Shown in pieces: positions 54,656 through 64,000 of a stretch of DNA of 64,000 nt (positions are counted from its first letter, which is position 1; every line of letters begins with the position of its first letter). The notes under the pieces are model-generated. The model was not told the DNA's origin. It saw nothing but the letters and a program-made list of their open reading frames with translations, and did no database searches. The translations under genes were made by a program, and so were the position numbers. The DNA is taken from assembly GCA_009602735.1 (NCBI GenBank), contig WELA01000963.1:278192-342191 (forward strand), in the 5' to 3' direction. This DNA comes from Mesotaenium endlicherianum. Its lineage: Eukaryota.

Positions 54656-55748
54656 TGTTTACGGGTATGTGTAGCAACTACCTTCCTGCTGCAATGAGGC
54701 TTCTTTGCAGCAGGAAGCCTTATGAGGGTTTCGTTTGTCGATGGGACACAACACGTGTGAAATCGATCAAATTTGAACACTTGTCATGAAATGTCGCAAA
54801 CCTTCACCTTATATCACGAAGGAGAATGTCACCCTTTGCAATTAATGCGGGGCAATTGAGCATTTTTTCACTTTGTTTAGGAAAAAGCGTACCTTACCAA
54901 CAAGAGTCTTGTGTTCTTATAGGGGGGGTTGTGACTTGTTAGAAAGGAACAAAATGTTGTAACATAGAATTTGCATGTGTTAGAAATGCCTGCATTGTGC
55001 TATTTTGTAGGACTCATGTGTCGATCAAACATGATGGATCAATTGCTTCAATTTGAAATGCTATTTAAGTGCATAAAAAGACACGCAAAGAATAATATAG
55101 TAATTAGGGCTACCACAATTTCCTCCACTAGAGGTAGTTTCCTAGTGTAACGCCTTGATAGGAAATCTAGAGCACACTTGCTCTTGGGACGGTAGCGGAT
55201 CTAATGTTCAAGACTACTGCTATTTCACGTGATACACGTAAGGTAGTGATCATATGCTAAAGTGGCAAAGATGGCCAACGACCATGTAATAAATTTCAAA
55301 TACTTATTGTGACTTGTGCCCATATAACGTGCAAAGATGACCAAGGGCGTACGCTTTCAGTATGCAACCACCAGCTTGCCAAAATGAGATAGGATGATGG
55401 CCAATTGAGGGGCCACGATTTCATGTAAGGTCTTCTTCAAGACGTTACATGTTCAAGTGAAGCAATGTCTACAAGATGAGAAATCAAACTCATGTGCTGT
55501 CTGTTTTTTGTGACAAATAACAGAAATTACAATCATACATAACCCGGACGCAACGTATACAAATTATGCAGCGCAAGGCCATAAAACATATTGAGTGTTG
55601 CTTTCTAAGCTCCTATGCGAGCTACTTTTATCTTCATGGCAATAACAAAACGCCTGGTGAGCGACAGCCACATTCTAAAGCAAAGGGATGCACAATATAC
55701 TCCTCCAGGACAGCCAAAATTTCCAATCAACTATATATAATCTATAAT

Positions 55749-58700
55749 CTACTCCTCCACTGGAGGGTCTACCCAGCGGCCATGCTCCTTGATGAGGTCG
55801 ACAAGATCATCCGTCGCTTGCTCCATGGGGATGGCCCTCCGCACCACCTCCTGTTTACGGAACACATCACTCAGCCATCAGAGCTTAGGCCCAAGAAAAC
55901 ATGGCCGTATACACATCAGCAAAATATACGTCCTGGCTTGCTTCTAAAAGTATGTGCATCTGCTGCACAGTAGTAAATCTACCCCTGCTCACACCAGGAT
56001 ACTCTCTCACACACACATGACCCTGAGCTACTACATGCACACGATGCAGCAATGTCCTGCTTAGGCTGCAATACGACTTCAGCAACCTATTAACATCAGC
56101 AAATCACAAACCCGCTGCCTCCAGCTCCTTCTCCCCTTGCGACATTCTCTACTCACCACCACGTTTATCCCGGGCCCTTCCTTTAGCAGCGCATGCACAA
56201 GGTGGGTTTCCTTACCTTGCCAACGTAAAGGTCAATCTTGCCGGGCGCCCCTCCCACGTATCCGAAATCGGCATCGGCCATCTCGCCCGGGCCGTTCACG
56301 ATGCACCCCATGATGGCAATCTGAAGGCAGGACACGCACACATCTGCAGAAATGAGTACCGCACTTTTTGGAGCAAGCAATCCCCAGCTTCACAAAGCAG
56401 GGTCGCTGCCGGCCTGATGTCATCAACAGGGCATCCCCTGCCCATGCATGCCCCGGCCCAACGACACTCTCGGCACATGCTACCGGCAGTCAATGCCTGG
56501 CCCTGCATCCATGACTCTAGGACTGACAGCCGCAGCAGGTACCAGGACCTTGAAGCGCGGAGGCATACCCCTTCCCCACCTCAAATTGAGCAGGCAGCCG
56601 AAATGAGAGCACGGATGAATTGATCGCCTGAATGGAGCGAAAGAGCGCTTAGCGATGGTGCAAAGTGATGGAAGCACCAGCCTGCTACCCAGTGCATGTG
56701 ATGTTTAGGGAAAGGGGGAAGGAGCTCACAGCGACGCCCGGGAGATGGGCAGTGCGGCTGCGGATGGAGGCGGTGACCTCCTGCAGGTCAAACAGCGTGC
56801 GTCCACACGACGGGCACGAAACAAACTCCTGGGGGCCACATGCCACGCACACACACACACAGCCACAAGAGGGGGGGGGGAGGGACACGGTGTCAGAGAT
56901 ATGGGCAGCCGAGGGGCATCCATGGGCAGGGCAGTGTCAGCTGGTGATCATCTTCTGAGTGCCCCTGTGGTGCTGCTGGATAAGACGAGGGCGTGTCTGA
57001 GGGCTGAAGCCTGGAGCCTGAAACAGGCAGCTGCCAGATTCAAGTTGGTGATTGTCCTCCTTTGCATGTGGTACTGCTTCGTCATAAGGTCAATTTGATG
57101 CGTCGAGGTAATCCTAGAAGCCCTGGCGTGCGTGTGTGTGTGCGCGTGCGCGTGCGCAAGCATCGGCATGCAGGCATGTAGCAGCCTCTTGCACAACTGG
57201 CGTCCTGAGCTCCCGTCTGAAGTTCCTCAGACTCTGGTACTTTTCTCATGCTCGTTGTCAATTGCTCCAAACGTCTTGCTCTCATGCAGCCCCACATCAA
57301 GCTTGCCAACTTCACAATCCCTCGCAAAGATACACTTTGCACGCTCGCAGTGAAGTTGCAGTGAGTAAGAAGGGGGGCAGACTGTAGGTGCAGGTGTGAG
57401 TGATGTTCCAGCCCTGAATGCAGGCGGAAGGGAGGGAGGGAGGGAGGGGAAGGAGGCAGGAGGGGGGCAGGCGTCAGCTGGCGAGGGCAGGCGGAGGTCG
57501 TCGTCACGAACCGTCTTGGTGTTGCGCATGCGGCAGCCTTGCAGCAGGCCAAACGACGAGTTACGCAGGAAGTCAAAGTCGTGCCCGGGGGCTTCCAGCA
57601 AAATCCCGTCGCCCAGGCCGTCCACCTGGCGCACGCACACACGGGCCGAGTTTGGGCAAGCCGCGGAGCAGCCACAGCAGACAGAGGGGGGTCAGAAGAG
57701 CTGGGAAGTGCACCTCTGGGCCCCCCAGATGCATCCAGAGTGTTCTAAGCCAAACAGGCAAATTACTTCAGACGCGCAGTGCGATCTGAGACATGGCCAG
57801 AACTGCCATCCACACTTTATATGCTTGCCCAATAGTGTGCGTGTGTATGTGTGCGTGTGTGTGAGAGTATCCATGTACGCTGACACGTTGGCATCTGTGC
57901 ATTCTGGCGTGCAAAGAGTGCCTATGCAATTAAAAAGAGAGAAAGAACGAAGGCGGAGAGCACTCACGAGCAGGGCGCCGGCTTCCGAGCCTGCCTGTAT
58001 CACCACGTCGTCCCTGCTTGGTTGCTCCAGCGACAGGTTTTTGACGTGCACACACACACATGGAGTAGAGAGCACCACGTCACAGAAGAATTCCTTCAAG
58101 GACATAGATAAAACACCAATCAGCAGCATATGGGGGCTCCACACGCGTGCTTGCTCACACATAGTCGCATGTGTAGTGCGCACGCAAAGAAGTGGTACAG
58201 CTATCAGCGTCTACCACAGCAAACACAAGGGGGTACCTATCTCCTGCTACATCATGCATGATGTGTAGACAGGCGATGAGCTTTCACTTCAACCGAAATG
58301 CTTTGCGACGCAAAAATCTCTCAAAATGCACGCGCGAACTGCAAGCGCGGCAGGCACAGAGAGAGCTGAATGTGCAGAGGGTTTTTCCGACCAAGAGCCA
58401 AAATGTGGAGAGAGCGGGCGTACTTGAAGGTGTCGGGGGCGAAGACAAGGTGGTGGATGACGGGCACAGTCAGCTCCTCTGTCTGGACGTACTCGAAGAA
58501 CCTGCTCACGCCCCTCCGATAGACACACACACACACACACACACTCAGCGAGAGAGAGGGAGGGAGTGCGGGGAAGGAAGAGAGAGGGAGAGATTGAGGG
58601 TGCATCTTTACTTGCCAGCCACAGTCATGCAAGGGAGTGCCACTTGTACCAGAAGTGCGTCCACTTACACGAGCACGCGCATGCACTCGCACCTGCGCAG

Positions 58701-60639
58701 GGAAGCTACTTCCTAATGACTCGCATTCATCAGCACGCGCCTGCTCGTTAGGAGCAGAAGCAGAAGCGGAAAGAGGCCGCAGGCATGCACCACCTCGAAG
58801 AGAGCAATGGGGAGCAGACCTGCGGGAGGCGTGCACGCGGCTGACTTTCTCGTCGTCGGCGGCAATCTCGATGAGCACCATGATGGCGTCCAGGCCCTTG
58901 AGCACCGCCAGCTTCTCGTACTCCTCGTCCCCCCGCAACGCCACCGCCACTCTCGTGCCTGCCGCCCCCCCTCCCCCACCGCCCAGCCCCACATGCGCGC
59001 AAGCACACACAGCGGGTACCCAGCACCTCAGTCACACCATCAAAGCGACACATCTGCACGACCACCACGGCAGGAGCAGCAGCAGCAGCAGCATGGGCAG
59101 GAGCAGCAGCAGGGGCACGAGCAGCAGCTGCAGCAGCAGCCGGAGCAGGAGCAGCAGCAGCAGCAGCAGTAGGAGGAGCAGTAGGAGGAGCAGCAGGAGC
59201 AGGAGCTTGGGCGACCAGCAGGAGTATTAGCAAAATCGCAGCGCAGCTCAAGTACAAACACAGGAGCTGTGTAAGGAATGCGAGGAGGAGGATGTCGAGG
59301 AGAAGGAGGACCAAGCAGAGCAGAGACTGTACCAGCTCTGAGGACCCCCCCTCCGCTGCAGGTAGTGAAGAGTCTCAAAAACAGTAGAACCAGGGGGCTC
59401 CAGTTAAGGGCCCGGCTGACACATACGGTTGTTGGTAAGACATAGAGTGGGGGACTCGCAAAATCAAAGCCACAAAGGAGAACTGGAGGAAGGGCTCCTC
59501 TGCTCACCTGCGGGCAGCTGCTTGTGGGCGGCAGATACGGCCTCATCGAGGGAGAGCAGAGCGATGGCATCCGGCAGGGGGTTGGCCAGCAGCTGCTGCA
59601 GCGGCGCCAGCACGCCCATGCTCACCTCCTGCAACCTCCTGAGCGCTCTCCTCTGCACACACGCCCGTTTCAGACTTGACACCATCAGCACGTGCATCTT
59701 CTAAAATTAAGTCATTCAGAGCACACATGCGGGCACCATGCCCTGGGACCCCCCCCCCCCCTTCCCCCCCACACAGACACAGACACGTGCGCATGCACGT
59801 ACCTACACGTGCAGTCACACGGAGAGGGGAAGCACACCTGCTCAGGTGAGCGTTCACTTTCATCAGCCGTCCTAAGGCCAAAAGAGTCATGGGAGCGCCC
59901 AGAAGCGCATGCGCATGCACATATCCCCGCGAGCTCAACCAGAAGAGAGCTTATAGCAGGGATGCCAACTAATAAACGGGTCCTGTGATCAGGACGCAGG
60001 GGATGTCCGTGAGCCATCCACTCTGGCATGCGCTCCCGCTTCCGTTCCTGTACGAGCTTGCTTCTATGTCTGTTACGTGGACTCGGGCTACTAGCTCCAC
60101 ATGAGGAAAGAAAGTACGCCACCATGGGCGGAGGACGCTCGCCTTAGCAGCAGCAGCAGCAGCAGCACATGTGCAGGCACATGATCTGTCCGGGCAATGA
60201 GCAGCAATGTTATCATACCTGGCCGAGAGGCTTCAAGGGCTGAAAAAGGGCAGAGGAGAGACGAGAGAAGAGGAGAGGAGCCAAGGGGACTCACGCCTTC
60301 GACGTCGCTGGTGGGAGGCAAATCCCTTAGGAGAATGGTGTCCACCGTTGCCAAGTCCTGCACTCCCCCCCCCCCCCCCCCCCCNNNNNNNNNNNNNCCC
60401 CCCCCCCCCCCACCACCGCGGCACGCCAGGTGAGATGGTGTCCAACTCCAGCCTTGGTTGCCGCTACCAGTGGAAGGACACATGAGTCTTCCTCTACTAT
60501 TTCTCACTCCCAGGGCGCCTAGATTGAACACGCCGACCATATAGGCACACAGGCATTGTCATGACATCAACCCAATAATTCAGCCACACAAAAAAATCAC
60601 AAGGGAAGCGGGGAGAGACCTTTAGGGAGAAGTCGAAGA

Positions 60640-60716
<77 letters not shown>

Positions 60717-60746
60717 NNNNNNNNNNNNNNNNNNNNNNNNNNNNNN

Positions 60747-60792
<46 letters not shown>

Positions 60793-63336
60793 TGCGAGCA
60801 CTGGCTCAAGCAAGAGCACGGGTTGTCTTGATTGCCAGTGTTTCTGCCTCTGCATAGTGGCCCCTTGCAAGGCGCAGTGCCAGAATAGGAGCACGCAAAT
60901 CCTAAGAATTCCACCAGCAGTCTACCTGCACTTGCGGAGAAGAAGGGCACACACAGATGAAGAGGAGTGCCAGAGCCCAACACTGGTGCCACCTGCCTGT
61001 CATGGAACAGCGCAGCTAACTTCACCACAACAGCTCTTCTCTATGAGGCGCCAGCATCATGGCCATGAGTGCCGACACGCAAACCCAAGTCACACTTTTT
61101 AGTCGGCGTAGGAAGGGGAAAAGGAAGAGAGGGTGGACAGAGGGTGGACAGAGGGAGGAGCAATACCTTGAAGGGCATGCCAATGGCGAGCTTGCACGCC
61201 AGCGACTTGTACATCACCTCTGGATTCTGTTCACACGCATCGCAGGGCAAGAGGTGTCCTTAGACAAAAGAGCAGAGGGGCAGCGTGCAAGGGCCCTAAT
61301 GACACAGGCACAGAGCCCAGCGGAGCAGACGCTCATCTGAGATTTAGTTGAATAGGTAGCTACAGCCCCCCTCCATGACTGATGTGCCACCTGTCGCCAC
61401 TAGGTAGTCCAGTACATAAGTCCAGTAATGTCATTGTGCCCAGATCGAGAAGAAGCCGGGAGTACCTTCAGCTGGTCCAGTGTGACAGACATGAGCACGG
61501 ACCCGTCGCGGTGCAGCACTCCCCTGAAGTCGATCACGTCTCCCTGCACCCCGCCCTCCCCACGAGCAGCACTAGTGCACCGTGAGATGCAGTCCCACAC
61601 TCTCACACTCTGTCACAAAAAAAAGCGAGAGGTGGAGACAACCAATGCACATACATTTGCATGTGTATAGACAGAGGGGGGGGTGGACGCACCTCCTTCT
61701 GTGTGGGCAGGTCACCACTGCGGCGCTGAAAGTCAAAATAGTGGCGGTGCTTCTCCTCAAAGGGAGCCTGCGCTCAAAACAAGACACTCTTTAGACAAGG
61801 CAGGGATGCCCACACGGCCATAACCGATGGCTCATCTCGACCGCAACACGCCCCATGCACCTGCGCCACTGAACCAAATAGGGGCAGGAGGCTTTGATAT
61901 GCTAACAAGTGATCTGAAACCTCCAGCCACGTGGCAGCAGCGGATATGCCGGCAAGCGCACAACACATACGCGCAATGCAGACGCCGACTGCGGTACACA
62001 TAGCAGCACCGCATCGGAGAGGAAGGATGTCTGCTCAGTGGACACTGCTTTGAGGCATCCCGCACTCCAACAGATTCAGGCAGACACTGAGAAAAGACAA
62101 GGGAGTAAAAACGGCCCTGGCTGGCAGAATTGCCGCAATGCTCCCACTGACTGCCTTTGGCGACGGCCGTACTGGAGAGCATGAATATGCGCTGCCCTGC
62201 CCTGCCCTGCCACTGTCACTCATGCGCGTCATCTCACGACCATACCAGCTAAAATGAGGAGTCGAGAGAACATGCCGCGGGGGCGAGGCAGGGCAGGGCA
62301 AGGGCGAGAGTGTGGTACAACGTACAACGCCTCTCTGCTGCGCGGCGGCGCGCATGCCAAAGTTGGCGAGGCGGGTGCACGGGTCGATCTCCATCTCCGG
62401 CGCCTCCGTCAGCGAGACTCTGATGGTGTCGCCCAGCCCATCCTGCCGCGCGCTCAACAGGGACACCGAGGACAGCATATGCAGGAGAGCGTCAGCCGCC
62501 GGACAAGTGTTCATACGACGCTCGTGGCAACAACCCGCATGCCATAGTCAACCGTGTGTGTGCGTGTGCGTGTGTGTGTGTGAGTGCGTGTGTGCGTGTG
62601 CATTTGTGAGAGGGGGGGNCCAAAATAGAAAATAGAAGTACAGGATACGGCACGTGCAGTTGCAGCCGGAGAAGCAGACAGCCGTGGCTTCCTTTTGGTT
62701 CTCAGGACATCTGGACATGACTTGCCAGTACCCACGTGACTGCGCCTTGGTAGACGAGACGACGCAGGCACCGCAACAGACGGCCCTCTATTATCCCCTG
62801 CCTCCTCCTCCAGCAAAACAGTCAAACAAATACCGGGCCAGCAACTGCTGAAGGTCTTGCACCTCAGTGTTTGCCACCAAGTCAATCATCCTCCTCTCCT
62901 CCGCCAAACCTCCCCCAGTCAGCAGCCAGCTGCTGACTCATTCACTAGGCACCCCCTGCATTCCGTGTTTCTCTGGCCTCCGGGTCCCCATCAAAATGCC
63001 ACTACTCTCGCCCCTCCACCCCCCGCAACCATATCATTGGGTAGGCTTCTGGGCCGTGTCATCGGAGCCCCAAGTGAAAGGGAGGGAGGAGGCGAGAGAG
63101 CTGACCTGGAGGAGGGCGCCAATGCCGATGGCGGACTTCATGCGGCCGTCCTCGCCGTCTCCGGCCTCCGTGACGCCCAGGTGCAGCGGGTAGTCCCAGC
63201 CCTGGTTGTACATCTCCGCGCTCAGCAGGCGGTACGCGGCCACCATCACCACGGGGTTGCTGGCCTTCATGGAGAACAGGAAGTTGTGGTAGTCCATCTT
63301 GCGGCAGATGCGCGCAAACTCAAACGCCGACTCCAC
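55749..63336 (-). CDS. ispG: 4-hydroxy-3-methylbut-2-enyl diphosphate synthase (IspG/GcpE/HDS), plastid long form, 5' part outside the window. Exons approx. 63336-63106, 62442-62326, 61767-61693, 61543-61466, 61226-61167, 60357-60295, 59652-59508, 58958-58820, 58501-58424, 58013-57968, 57625-57512, 56828-56730, 56320-56216, 55850-55749
   Basis: [84 protein letters not shown] and [12 protein letters not shown]. Confidence 0.97.
59070..59225 (+). repeat. Imperfect (CAG/GCA)n trinucleotide tract in an ispG intron
   Basis: Seen directly between exons 59652-59508 and 58958-58820. Confidence 0.85.
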
Positions 63337-63369
63337 CTGCGCGCGTCGCAGTCAGAGGAGGGGGAAAGG

Positions 63370-63431
<62 letters not shown>

Positions 63432-64000
63432 NNNNNNNNNNNNNNNNNNNNNNNNNNNNNNNNNNNNNNNNNNNNNNNNNNNNNNNNNNNNNNNNNNNNN
63501 NNNNNNNNNAGAGAGAGAGAGAGAGAGAGAGAGGGCGGGTGGGGGGGAGGGGGGAGGACGGCAGCATTTAGGGGAAGGCTTGAGGATCTCAAATCCTGGC
63601 CTGATATAGAGAGGGGGGGTGAGAGCCACAAGCCCTTTTCCACCAAGGCTCCAAGTTGGGCCGAGAGACACAGGGGCAAGAAGGAAGACAGGCATATGCT
63701 CAGGGACAGAAATTGAATGCTTTGACACTGTTGACTCTGGGATGTGAAAAGTGCTCTTTCGACGTGAGGCCGGGGCTAGAGCAGGTGAGGGAAGCAGCCG
63801 CGCTTCTGGCTTTGTGAATGCCGCCCGGCAGCCAGCAACCAGCAGCTGCTCTTCTCCAGTACGCTGCTCCCATAGCTTATTTGCATCATTCCCTCCCCCC
63901 CAATAAACAATTGCTACTGGAGCAGACCTGCTGCGGCTGCTGCTACCAACAGTGGTGAGGACGATGGAGCCAGGGTGGAGTGTGCACGTGTGGGGGTCTT

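Larger units (their letters stand above)
47583..54806 (-). mobile_element. DIRS-order tyrosine-recombinase retrotransposon, PAT-like, with split direct repeats A1-ORFs-B1-A2-B2
   Basis: A copies at 54663-54806 and 48046-48185. B copies at 48186-48266 and 47583-47664. Gag, RT, RNase H, MT-like and YR are all on the minus strand. Confidence 0.93.

Noticed and set aside
57396..58268. 290-aa plus-strand ORF
   Set aside because: Antisense to ispG exons and introns, GC-rich and low complexity, with no domain motifs.
58637..59570. PolyQ/polyS/polyA ORFs
   Set aside because: Produced by a CAG-type repeat inside an ispG intron.

Overview
Eukaryotic, intron-rich nuclear DNA, most likely a streptophyte green alga or early-diverging plant (plastid-type IspG, organellar LysRS, plant-type PP2C and DUF179). 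Five host genes are present: LysRS (partial, +), PP2C (+), UNC-50 (-), DUF179/YqgE-like (+) and IspG/HDS (partial, -). The main observation is a putative ~28.5 kb CACTA/EnSpm(CMC)-type DNA transposon at 14865-43337, with CACCCTGA...TCAGGGTG ends, a TTT target duplication and shared subterminal AATGGA motifs. Besides its decayed transposase it carries about 8 cargo ORFs, including a C5 cytosine methyltransferase and a spliced RING1(PRC1)-like RING plus PWWP-like gene. An intact chromovirus (Ty3/gypsy) is inserted in the transposase CDS. A PAT-like DIRS tyrosine-recombinase retroelement with split direct repeats (47583-54806) contains a nested solo LTR. All calls come from reading motifs by eye; no database searches were run.
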